NCBI GenBank assembly: GCA_039809845.1
Contig: JBDHVQ010000001.1
Span: forward strand, 1 to 32,966
Reading direction: 5' to 3'
DNA from: Clostridiaceae bacterium
GTDB lineage: Bacteria > Bacillota > Clostridia > Clostridiales > Clostridiaceae
DNA: 32,966 bases
Shown: in pieces, positions 8,936-17,804 of the stretch
Numbering within the stretch: position 1 is the stretch's first letter
Layout: each line of letters starts with the position of its first letter
The notes under the pieces: generated by a model
Databases searched by the model: none
What the model saw: the letters and a program-made list of their open reading frames with translations, nothing else
What the model was told of the DNA's origin: nothing
Position numbers and translations under genes: made by a program

Positions 8936-9646
8936 ATGGAACTTATTAAAGCAGAAAACCTTTCTGCAAAGCTCGGGGAGGAAGAAATAAAGAATCTTTC
9001 CTTTTTCCTTGGAGAAGGAGAAATCCTCTCAGTTGCAGGACTTGAAAATTCAGGAATTTACCTTCTGTCAAAAATCATGGCAGCACTTACAGGCAATTAC
9101 GAAGGTTCAGTAAAAATCCTCGGTGATGAACCGAAAAACACAAGGAATTACCTGAGTGAAGTCGGGGTATTCCTTCCAAACAGCGCCTTTTATGAGGAAC
9201 TTACAGGAAAAGGTATGATTGAATATTCTCTTTTACAGAGAGGTCTTAAGAAAAATACAGAAAGGTTGAATTACCTGAAGGAAAGACTTGGAATAACAGA
9301 AGGCCTTCTAAAATCAAAGGTAAGAAGATATTCAACATACGAAACCCATGCCATCGACCTCCTCATTACCCATATGGGAGACAGTAAACTATCAGTGCTT
9401 TTTGATCCTACATCTGGATTACGGGAACATGAAAAACAGAATTACATGGAGTTTATTGAAGAAGAGCGTAAAAAAGGAAAAAGCTTTTTTATTCTGACCC
9501 CTTTTTCAGGCACCGCCAGGGAATTTTCAGAAAATGTCATATATCTTGAAAAGGGAGAAAGAGTTTCACAGGAAGTCTATGAGGAAGAAAGGAAAAAGGA
9601 AAGGGAAATAATAAGAGAAAAACTGACCGGAGGTAAAATATCATGA
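8936..9646 (+). CDS. ABC transporter ATP-binding-like protein with degenerate motifs
   Basis: ABC-type spacing (IKAENL, NLSF, GEI, FYEELTG, DPTSGL, VIYLEKGE) but Walker A reads GLENSGIY. Alternative start at 8924. Confidence 0.8.
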   Translation: MELIKAENLSAKLGEEEIKNLSFFLGEGEILSVAGLENSGIYLLSKIMAALTGNYEGSVKILGDEPKNTRNYLSEVGVFLPNSAFYEELTGKGMIEYSLLQRGLKKNTERLNYLKERLGITEGLLKSKVRRYSTYETHAIDLLITHMGDSKLSVLFDPTSGLREHEKQNYMEFIEEERKKGKSFFILTPFSGTAREFSENVIYLEKGERVSQEVYEEERKKEREIIREKLTGGKIS

Positions 9647-10962
9647 TGAATGTCATTAAATCAGAAATATACAGGATAAAATCCTCCAAGAGGTCCCTCT
9701 TTGTGTTCATTTTTCTTCTGGTCCTTCTGCCTGTGATCTACTTCAGTCAGAATACTGTCGAAAAAAATGTGGAACATTACCTGACACCGGAATACAGAAT
9801 AACAGAATCCCAGAAGTACATAAGATATTATGAGGATAAAATCCACGAAGTTTTAAGAAATCCTGAAAAAACTGAAGCTCAGAAAAAGACAGAGGTCAGA
9901 ATCCTCGAAGATGAGATTGCACAGAAAGAAGATGAAATAAAATTTGCCAAGGATTCTGAAAATCAGGGTACCTACAAAGAAGATGAAAAAAAGAGAATCA
10001 ATGCATATGAAATAAAAATTCTTGAAGAAAACGCATCTTCCAACCCCACCCTCTCTGAGTATTTCAATTTTTATAAAAAATATGCCGGGAAAGTATCTGA
10101 ATCAGGATATTATATGGACACTCCTGCTTATTCCAATGCCCTCATCTATGTCTTAAACCTTGTCAGTGCCTATTCAGTATATATACTCGGATTCGGAGTC
10201 ATGATCCTTGGAATAAGCCTTATAAACGGCGAATATCACGGCAACAGGATATTGAGATTTGCCAAAACTCCGGCTTCCAGGGATTCCATGTACCTCGGTA
10301 AGTTCTTTTCGCTCTTCTTATGGTCATCATTATTGTTTATACTGATGGGAATAACAGGGACCATCATCACCGGAATTTTGAAAGGTACCGGTCCCTCTGA
10401 CTTCCCCATGATATTTATAAAAAACATGAAGACAACCATGTATAACGGCGTTCCCTTTGCCCACGGTGATCCTTCAACATTCAGGACAATACCCCTCGGA
10501 AACTTTGCCATTTATGCATTTTTGTATGAAGTTCTGTTCATCTTTACCCTCTCAGCATTCATACTGTTTTTATCCTGTGTATTCAGAAATACAGTTGTTG
10601 CAGGGTTCATATTTATAATGACAGTTGTATTGTCCACCATGCTTCCCAATATTTCACCCATGCTGAGTCATAGAATAGCCCATATTAATTTCATGAGCTA
10701 TATAAACCCATATCTTCTCTTTACAGGAAGACAGGCAGAATACTATAAAAACAGCTTTGTAACACCCACAACCGGACTTCTGGTCCTATGTTTTTCAGCG
10801 GTACTTTTTTTGACAGCTGGAATGATCTGGTTTAAAAAACAGGGACTAAATCTCAATTACGAGGAATCAAACAGAAAAGAATCAAAAACCCAGTACATCA
10901 ACACCACCATGAGTAAACTCGATGTCAAAACAAGTTCACCCTGGGATAAACACAAGGAATAA
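9643..10962 (+). CDS. ABC-2-type transporter permease with a large extracellular domain
   Basis: IKSEIYR start, 1+5 TM layout, GEYHGNRI...TPASRDSMYLGK loop; ATGA overlap with the ATPase gene. Confidence 0.88.
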   Translation: MMNVIKSEIYRIKSSKRSLFVFIFLLVLLPVIYFSQNTVEKNVEHYLTPEYRITESQKYIRYYEDKIHEVLRNPEKTEAQKKTEVRILEDEIAQKEDEIKFAKDSENQGTYKEDEKKRINAYEIKILEENASSNPTLSEYFNFYKKYAGKVSESGYYMDTPAYSNALIYVLNLVSAYSVYILGFGVMILGISLINGEYHGNRILRFAKTPASRDSMYLGKFFSLFLWSSLLFILMGITGTIITGILKGTGPSDFPMIFIKNMKTTMYNGVPFAHGDPSTFRTIPLGNFAIYAFLYEVLFIFTLSAFILFLSCVFRNTVVAGFIFIMTVVLSTMLPNISPMLSHRIAHINFMSYINPYLLFTGRQAEYYKNSFVTPTTGLLVLCFSAVLFLTAGMIWFKKQGLNLNYEESNRKESKTQYINTTMSKLDVKTSSPWDKHKE

Positions 10963-11066
10963 CACTGCTGATTTACTTCCTTAAAAGCTTAAAATCCCAC
11001 CACAATGATAAAAATACGTAACTTATTTGATGTAAAATCCAAATTGAAAAAATTTTAAAAAATGCC

Positions 11067-11095
11067 TTGCCAAGTACACCCAACTTGGATATAAT
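11067..11095 (+). promoter_or_regulatory. SigA promoter of tRNA-Leu
   Basis: TTGCCA-17 nt-TATAAT. Confidence 0.8.
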
Positions 11096-11109
11096 TAATT
11101 TTGTTATCC

Positions 11110-11195
11110 GCGGGTGTGCTGGAATCGGCAGACAGGCACGTTTGAGGGGCGTGTGTACCACGTACGTATGGGTTCAAGTCCCATCACCCGCACCA
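11110..11195 (+). tRNA. tRNA-Leu(GAG)
   Basis: Acceptor stem GCGGGTG/CACCCGC with encoded CCA, anticodon loop TTGAGGG, long variable arm, GGTTCAAGTCC T arm. Confidence 0.97.
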
Positions 11196-11220
11196 ACATA
11201 AGCCAACTCATGGCATTCAT

Positions 11221-11260
11221 AAAAACACGGTTCTGGAATTAATCCGGAACCGTGTTTTTT
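11221..11260. terminator. Bidirectional intrinsic terminator
   Basis: AAAAACACGGTTCTGGA...TCCGGAACCGTGTTTTTT. Confidence 0.88.
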
Positions 11261-11340
11261 CAATAAACATGGTTTCTTCAAAAGTTATAAGCTTTGAATC
11301 TTAAAAAGATATTTTTTTATATCTCCTGATATACAGTTAT

Positions 11341-11661
11341 TCACTCAATAATCAGAGGAAACTGATTATCTTTTTTAAGTTCAAACTGAATTGTTTTTCT
11401 GTCAGTAGTATCAGCAGTATCAGAAAACAGATCACTTACCGGTCTTTCTATATAACTCATATATTTAAAAACTTTTGCCAGAGAAATATTATAGTTACCA
11501 CTTTCAATTTTAGAAATCATTTCCTGTGATACCTTCATTCTTTTTGCTAATTCACTCTGAGTCAGTTTGTTTTTTTCTCTGTAAAGAATCAAGTACATGG
11601 ATATTCTTCCTAAAGCCCTCTGATATTGACTTTCATAATCTTCAAGGGTAAAATCACTCAT
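11341..11661 (-). CDS. XRE/Cro-CI HTH protein, HigA-like antitoxin
   Basis: LTQSELAKRMKVSQEMISKIESGNYNISL HTH; AAGGAG RBS; start overlaps the stop of the toxin-like remnant. Confidence 0.88.
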   Translation of the reverse strand: MSDFTLEDYESQYQRALGRISMYLILYREKNKLTQSELAKRMKVSQEMISKIESGNYNISLAKVFKYMSYIERPVSDLFSDTADTTDRKTIQFELKKDNQFPLIIE

Positions 11662-12063
11662 TTTTTATTCTCCTTTCTATCCTTTCATTCGCCAGTTCAA
11701 TATTTTTCATGTAAGAATTCGTATTGATTTTTCCTCCATCTTCAAAGAAACAGGAAATAAGTGATATTTCTTTATTCAGTGTTTCAATTTTGTCAGTCAT
11801 ACACCTAACAGTAATAAGGACTCTGATATTTTTTTTGTGTCTTTAAATCAAGTCTGAAAATCTCCGGAATTACTAAGGACCTTAATACCAGGGTGCTTTG
11901 TCCTGTCACTAATTGAAAAGTCACTTATAATACTTAGATAATAATCCAATTTGGCACTAAACCGCCTGCGTTCATTTTTTCCAATAACACTGTTTCTTTC
12001 TATTATGTATTCTTCATATTCAACAATTTTACTTTTAAATTTAAAATAGATATTATCATTCAT
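11654..12063 (-). pseudogene. Frameshifted RelE/HigB-like toxin
   Basis: ORF 12063-11848 continues after two +1 shifts (T4 at about 11857-11860, A8 at 11829-11836) as FRLDLKTQK / NIRVLI...LISCFFEDGGK...SYMKNIELANERIERRIKNE*, ending at 11654 inside the HTH gene start. Confidence 0.6.
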
Positions 12064-12080
12064 TTCCAGTAATCATATTT

Positions 12081-12098
12081 TATAACTTATAAGTTATA
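12081..12098. promoter_or_regulatory. Perfect 18 bp palindrome, putative antitoxin operator
   Basis: TATAACTTATAAGTTATA, 17 nt upstream of the toxin-like start. Confidence 0.6.
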
Positions 12099-12144
12099 TA
12101 ATATACCCCTTAATATTATTTTCTATTGATTAAACCTGCGAGAT

Positions 12145-14643
12145 ATGCCTATACTCTCCTCTGCCCCTGAAACTGAAGTTTCAGAAGAAGAAACTTTGAT
12201 GGACGGAGTGACAAAGGACAATACAGAGTACCAGATCCAGGACGAAAAAGCTTTATCAGAACCAGAAATCAAAAGATCTTCTGAAACCACTGATACACCT
12301 GAAAAATCAACTGTTCCCGTAACTACTGAAACAGAAACTCACGTAACTACAACAGTTCCCGAAAAGGACCCCCTGCCATCAATACCTGAAGCAGAATATG
12401 CAAACTTTCTGCCTTGATATCAATGAAACATGAGCTCAGCGGTAAATGGGCAGAATATGAAACAGCAGTAAATACCCTTGCTGACAGTGAATCAAAACTG
12501 AAGGCTGCTAAAAATACCCTCGATTCAGGAGAAGCTGAATATTCAGCAAAAAGTGCAGAAATAGAAGCTGCAGGATCAAAACTTTCAGCCGGAGAAACTG
12601 AACTTTCCAATGCCAGGGCAGAATACAATGCAGGTCTTTCCCAGTACAATCTCCAGAAGGCAGAAGCAGATACAAGGCTTAAAGAAGCTGAAAAAGAACT
12701 AGAAGATGCGAGACTAAAAATTGCAGACGGAAAAGAAGAATTAAGCAGCGGATGGGAAACATACTCTACAGAAAGAGAAGATGCATTTACAAAATTAGGA
12801 GATGCACAGACAAAATCAAATGACGCCGCAAAGGAAATAAGTGACGGCGAAAAGAAGATTGCAGACGGATGGACTGAATATAATGACAATAAGCATAAGG
12901 CAGATTCAGAACTCCACGATGCAAGAAATAAGATAAATGATGGAGAAAAGAAACTCTCCGATGCAGGAACTCCCAAATGGTATGTACTCGGAAGAGACAT
13001 GAACCCCGCTTTTGTAACTTTCAAGGACGATGCAGACAAGATGCACGATTTATCAACAGTATTCCCCGTAGTGTTCTTCCTCGTAGCAGCCCTTGTATGT
13101 CTTACAACAATGACAAGGATGGTCGATGAAGACAGGACACTTATAGGAACATTCAAAGCCCTCGGATATTCAAATTCCTCAATCGGATCCAGGTACCTAA
13201 AATACGCAGCATCAGCAAGCCTTATAGGAAGTATTGCAGGAATACTTGTAGGATTCAGGAGATTCCGAATATCATATGGAAAGCCTACGGAATAGTATTT
13301 GCACTCCCCCAGATGACACCGGCATTTTACCCTGCAATCGGACTTTTCTCAGTACTTGCAGTTGTAGGAATAGTTAGTTTCTCCACAGGAACAGCAGTAA
13401 AGAATTCACTTAAGGAAAACCCAGCATCACTTATGAGACCCAAGGCACCAAAGGCAGGAAAAAGAATATTCCTAGAATCCATAAAGCCTGTCTGGGACAG
13501 GATGAGCTTTACCAAGAAAGTAACAGCGAGAAACCTAGGACTCAACAAAAAAAGACTACTCATGACCCTTGCAGGGATCCTGGGAAGTACCTCCCTTGTA
13601 GTTACAGCACTTGGAGCCGGAGGAGCGGTCAACGCAATAATGGACGATCAGTTCGGTGAAATATTCCATTATGATACAACAGTCGGATTCACAGGTGGAA
13701 AACCATCTCCTGAACTTGAAAGAAAAATGTCTGATAAAGGTTACTTCAAAAACTCAGCTGTCGTTTCCTACAGTTCAGCAGAAGCAACTGACAGTGACAG
13801 CGATGAGGACACATTCAACATATACATCGTGTCACCTGAAAAATCAGAAAACTTCACAGAATTTGTGACACTGAAAGATCCAAAGACAAAGGAAGAAATC
13901 AACTTTGATGATAACAGTGCGGTAATAACAGAAAAACTCTCACTTAACTTAAATGCAGGTATCGGAGATACAATATATGTAAAATACTGGATGAAGATTC
14001 AAGGCATCCTGTAAAAGTAACAGGAATCACAGAAAACTACAGCTTCAACTATGTATACTTAGGAAAAGATGCATTCAGAGAAGCTTATACCGAAGACCCT
14101 GACTACGATCAGTACTTTGCAGTTTCAGAAGGAACACATACAGAAGAAGAAACAGGAAAGTACCTTGAAGGTACATCAGGAATAGCAGCAGTTACATTTA
14201 CCAATGACCAGATGGGAAACATCAGAAACTCTATAAAGAGTGTCAATACAATAGTATGGCTGCTAATAATAGCAGCAGGTCTATTAACCTTCGTGGTTCT
14301 CTATAACCTCATCAACATCAACGTCGGAGAAAGGGAAAGAGAACTTGCAACATTAAAAGTCCTCGGATTCTACGACAAGGAAACATACAACTACATATTC
14401 AGGGAAACCGTGATCCTTTCAGTTGCAGGCATTCTCCTTGGATTATTCACAGGAGTCTTCCTCTACCAGGCTGTTATAAAGACAGTGGAACCTGATATGA
14501 TATTCCTCATAAGGACAATAAGCCTGAGAGGTTATGCCGGAGCAGCCCTTCTCACCATGTTCTTCACCTGGATAGTTAACCAGGCTATGAAGCCAAGAAT
14601 AAGAAACATCGATATGCTTGAATCACTCAAATCTTTTGACTAG
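12145..14643 (+). pseudogene. FtsX/MacB-like ABC permease with coiled-coil region, 5'-truncated with three frameshifts
   Basis: Fragments 12145-12417, 12414-13295, 13313-14014 and 14212-14643 join at about 12410, 13260 and 13987. Motifs FPVVFFLVAALVCLTTMTRMVDEDRTLIGTFKALGY, PASLMRPKAPKAGKR, ERERELATLKVLGF and IDMLESLKS are present. The N-terminal TM/periplasmic part is absent. Confidence 0.85.
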
Positions 14644-14696
14644 TCCTTGGAAAGAGCAAGAACAAGTACAAGAAATAAAACAAAAATATTACTTCC

Positions 14697-14748
14697 CAAA
14701 AAGAAATACTCCTCAGGTCATAGGGACATTGAGGAGTATTTCTTTTTG
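14697..14748. terminator. Bidirectional intrinsic terminator
   Basis: 19 bp perfect inverted repeat CAAAAAGAAATACTCCTCA / TGAGGAGTATTTCTTTTTG between convergent genes. Confidence 0.88.
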
Positions 14749-14915
14749 CCTGGTTTATTATTATTCAGCGCCTCGAGGCATTTTTGTTCCCGGGCAGCGC
14801 ACTGCTGCAGTTCTTTTCAGTAGTTATACTGTTATAGCACTAGCACTATTACTGGTACACTTTCACTTCATACCACTATCTTTCTTAATGCAGATACTTG
14901 CATCAATAGAGATTA

Positions 14916-15422
14916 CTATCTTTTGATATAACTTTTTTCAACTGCGGGGATATCAAGTACAACGTTCCTGAAGGACTTGTTCTTTTCGAGAATTTTGAAA
15001 AGAGGAACCCCAAGAAGAGTAACGATGACAAATTCAGAAAACATAATCTGAAGGGTTACCGGAATAAAAAGACTCATTTCACTTGCAAGAAATGCTATTT
15101 CTATTCCTATGATGACTGAGAAAACTGCAGGCATGAGAGACGCAACCCAGATATTCTTTATCTTTGACATTGTATAAAGAGCCAGAAATGAAGCGAAGGT
15201 TCCCACAACCACATCGACTACACCAAGAGCAGAGAACATATTTGCCAGGGCACAGCCGAGGGTAAGTCCCACTATATACTGAGGATTGAAAAAAGCCAGA
15301 AGTGTCATCACTTCAGATATACGGAACTGAATGGGACCGTATGAAAGGGCCGGAAGAGCCCATGTAAGGGCTGCATAGGCAGCAGCTGTAAGTGCCTGTT
15401 TTGTTATTGTATTCTTATCCAT
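14916..15422 (-). CDS. queT: QueT-family queuosine precursor ECF S-component
   Basis: AAAYAALT...LSYGPIQFRISEVMTLL...GLTLGCALAN...DVVVGT signature; lies downstream of a preQ1 riboswitch. Confidence 0.93.
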   Translation of the reverse strand: MDKNTITKQALTAAAYAALTWALPALSYGPIQFRISEVMTLLAFFNPQYIVGLTLGCALANMFSALGVVDVVVGTFASFLALYTMSKIKNIWVASLMPAVFSVIIGIEIAFLASEMSLFIPVTLQIMFSEFVIVTLLGVPLFKILEKNKSFRNVVLDIPAVEKSYIKR

Positions 15423-15443
15423 TTTTATATTACCTTCTCATTT

Positions 15444-16133
15444 TTAACCCACTCCAAAATCTGTGTTTTCCCAGAGGATTTCTATGTTTTCCATCTCTTC
15501 CAGGTGACTGTAGTTATCCCTGAAGTATTCAATGATTTTCTGGTCTCTTTTAACAGGTGTTGAATTCTCCATGAAAATATTTATACATCCCCTGTTGAAA
15601 TACTTAAGGAGATATTCCATATCCTTATCCACCATTTCCCTGGTCTGACCATTGATACCGACCATAATACATGCGGTTTCAAAATACCTTCCCGGTTCGG
15701 CAGGATTGGTGAATCTGACATTCTTATTTAAGAATCCGTTTCTGAATTCACTGTCAAAACTTTCAATGCCGCATTTGAAATAAACTTTGATTCCCGGGAA
15801 GAAATCCCTTATTTGCCCGAGTCTTTCCCTGTACATGTAATGTGCTTCAAAGAAGAGTTCCCTTATGCCCTTTTCCTCACATTTTTTTCTGATATCACAA
15901 AGAGTCCTTTCGGGAAGTTCAAAAACTGAAGCTGAATTAATTACTTCAAGTCTTTTGTATTTCCCTTCAACCTTTTCTATTATCAGTCTGTTTTCCTCTG
16001 CCATTTCCTCATCTTCTTTTCCGTTATCCTCAATATAATCACAAAAAGAACAGCGTCCCCATAAACACTTATGAGAACGCAGCAAAATAATCTCTCTTGG
16101 ATTTTTACCGTTTATTACACTGTAACGGTTCAT
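15444..16133 (-). CDS. queL: Radical SAM protein, queuine lyase-like
   Basis: REIILL..CLWGRCSFCDY cluster motif, LEVINSASVFELP, C-terminal ENTDFGVG. The queT and preQ1 context matches the C. difficile salvage locus. The start is placed at 16133 after an AAGGA SD. Confidence 0.82.
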   Translation of the reverse strand: MNRYSVINGKNPREIILLRSHKCLWGRCSFCDYIEDNGKEDEEMAEENRLIIEKVEGKYKRLEVINSASVFELPERTLCDIRKKCEEKGIRELFFEAHYMYRERLGQIRDFFPGIKVYFKCGIESFDSEFRNGFLNKNVRFTNPAEPGRYFETACIMVGINGQTREMVDKDMEYLLKYFNRGCINIFMENSTPVKRDQKIIEYFRDNYSHLEEMENIEILWENTDFGVG

Positions 16134-16142
16134 TTGACCACA

Positions 16143-16180
16143 TCCTTGTTTTTTATAGAGGGTTGCACAAAGAAAACTCT
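16143..16180 (-). ncRNA. preQ1 class I riboswitch (variant)
   Basis: AGAGUUUUCUUUGUGCAACCCUCUAUAAAAAACAAGGA: P1 AGAG/CUCU, A-rich tail, loop CUUUG complementary to CAAGG at the SD. Confidence 0.82.
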
Positions 16181-16188
16181 TCCTTACG

Positions 16189-16217
16189 ATTCTATGGGCA
16201 TATTTCATTTAAGTCAA
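16189..16217 (-). promoter_or_regulatory. SigA promoter of queL-queT
   Basis: TTGACT-17 nt-TAGAAT, which places +1 at the aptamer 5' end. Confidence 0.8.
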
Positions 16218-16239
16218 CCGGTTTTTCGGAAAAAGTCAT

Positions 16240-16272
16240 ATTCAACTTACATTCAACTTATATTCCTTTACC
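16240..16272. repeat. 3 x 11 bp direct repeat
   Basis: ATTCAACTTAC ATTCAACTTAT ATTCCTTTACC. Confidence 0.6.
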
Positions 16273-16395
16273 ATTCATTCACCGTCTTATACCAAATTAT
16301 ATTCACGTAAATTCTATTGATTTTGTTCTGATTCGTTATAAAACTGTCTGTATTACTTAATGAAATAAGTGGATGTTCTGCAGGATATATTACTT

Positions 16396-17136
16396 TTACT
16401 CCTGTTTCACTTCTTTTTCTTCACTGAGGAGTATCTTGTTGAAATTCTGAAGGAGTATATCCTTGATTTCAAGATATTCATCTCTTGCCTTTATTCCTTC
16501 TTCGGTAAGTATGTATTTACCCCGGTCTTCCTTTTTAAACCACCCATAGTAGTTGTCTGTAAGAATGGACTGGGTTTTTATTACGCCGTAGCGGACACCG
16601 TCCCTCGGCCTTAATACAGTGAGATGGTCCGTAATGAATAGAAGTCTTATACATTCTTCCCTGTAGTGGGTCATGATGGTCCTTCCGGTCTGTCCGCCGG
16701 AATTTAAGTCCGTGGCCCTTGAATTCATTTCCTTTTTAAGCTGGGTCAGTTTGTTTTTATTGATATTCCTGGATTTTTTCATGTCAAAATCTTTCGGTTC
16801 AACTGCTATTTCAAGTGTTTTCAAATCCTCTGAAATATAAATGAGTCCGAGGCTGAGTCTTTTTATTAAGTACATGGTATCGCGGTATTTTGACCTCGAA
16901 GGGAATTTCGGTTTAGGAACCACCATGAATGTAAGGTCCGCTATTTTCTGCCTTCTCACTGCCTGTATGAATAAGTCGAGGGACAGGCTCTTTTTAAGTT
17001 CGAGGATAATAAGTGTATCATCCTTTGTAGCTGTGACATCGCAGTCTTTGACTTCTGCATTTACCCTGTAACCCAATGCCTCAAAGTAACTTTTTACTGC
17101 AGGATACATGTCTTCTTCCTTAAAATCCCTCTTCAT
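16396..17136 (-). CDS. DUF2161-like putative PD-(D/E)XK phosphodiesterase
   Basis: E.DMYPAVKSYFEALGY.V.AEVKDCDV...ILELK, GGQT...MTHYRE, ILTDNYYGWF...RGKY.LT..G. Confidence 0.8.
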   Translation of the reverse strand: MKRDFKEEDMYPAVKSYFEALGYRVNAEVKDCDVTATKDDTLIILELKKSLSLDLFIQAVRRQKIADLTFMVVPKPKFPSRSKYRDTMYLIKRLSLGLIYISEDLKTLEIAVEPKDFDMKKSRNINKNKLTQLKKEMNSRATDLNSGGQTGRTIMTHYREECIRLLFITDHLTVLRPRDGVRYGVIKTQSILTDNYYGWFKKEDRGKYILTEEGIKARDEYLEIKDILLQNFNKILLSEEKEVKQE

Positions 17137-17804
17137 TCTGCGGAAACCTCTTCCCCGTCAGTTTTAGGCTGGACTGATTTTTTGAATTCTTCGGGATACA
17201 TCTTTGAATATACATCCTTCATTTCAAGTACAACTTCCACATAGTTTCTTGTTTCCTGAAAAGGGATGATATGAAGTTCCTCTCCCCAGTAATATTCGTC
17301 ATCCTTAACCCATTCGTCCACATTCCCGGGTCCTGCGTTATATGCAGCCACTGCAAGTTTCTCGTCTCCATGGTAATAATTGAGAAGATAACTTAAAAAC
17401 CAGGTTCCAATTTTTATGTTTACTTCAGGGTCCATGAGATCCTCTTCTGAATAAGGATTGTGTTTCATCTTCTCCGCTGCCCATTCCCCCGTTTCAGGAA
17501 GAATCTGCATGAGACCCCTTGCATCCTTGTCAGATACCACATTTTTATCAAATCTTGATTCCTGGTATATGACTGCGGCAACAAGATCCTTGTCCACTTT
17601 GTATTCTTTTGAATATTTTTCTATTATGCTGTCGTAGGAATAAGGAACCGATGCCCTCCCTCCGATTTTAAGAACCGAAAAGAGCAGTCCGGCACCGAAG
17701 AGAAGAAGTACTATAAGTTCAAACATCCTGCTCTTTTCCTTTTTCCCGGGAGGCTTTCTCTTAACCTTTACCGTCCGGTTTACTGCCGGTTTTTTCTCTG
17801 TCAT
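17133..17804 (-). CDS. Soluble lytic transglycosylase (SLT domain), membrane-anchored
   Basis: AVIYQESRF, ARGLMQILPETG, AAYNAGPGNV, IPFQETRNYV. Confidence 0.95.
   Translation of the reverse strand: MTEKKPAVNRTVKVKRKPPGKKEKSRMFELIVLLLFGAGLLFSVLKIGGRASVPYSYDSIIEKYSKEYKVDKDLVAAVIYQESRFDKNVVSDKDARGLMQILPETGEWAAEKMKHNPYSEEDLMDPEVNIKIGTWFLSYLLNYYHGDEKLAVAAYNAGPGNVDEWVKDDEYYWGEELHIIPFQETRNYVEVVLEMKDVYSKMYPEEFKKSVQPKTDGEEVSAE

Noticed and set aside
9522-9536. CodY-like box AATTTTCAGAAAATG (weaker matches near 1534 and 7530)
   Set aside because: It lies inside a CDS, and the AT-rich motif is expected by chance at this composition.
12347-13156. 269 aa minus-strand ORF
   Set aside because: Antisense shadow of the coiled-coil region of the FtsX-like gene; S/F/A-rich with no motifs.
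11110-14750. Active integrative element at tRNA-Leu
   Set aside because: No integrase and no duplicated tRNA 3' end seen in the window.
14618-14926. 102 aa ORF and a GC-rich patch at about 14768-14812
   Set aside because: It crosses a strong terminator and has no RBS or recognisable RNA family.
16134-16208. N-terminal extension of the radical SAM ORF
   Set aside because: It spans the promoter and riboswitch; the real start is 16133.
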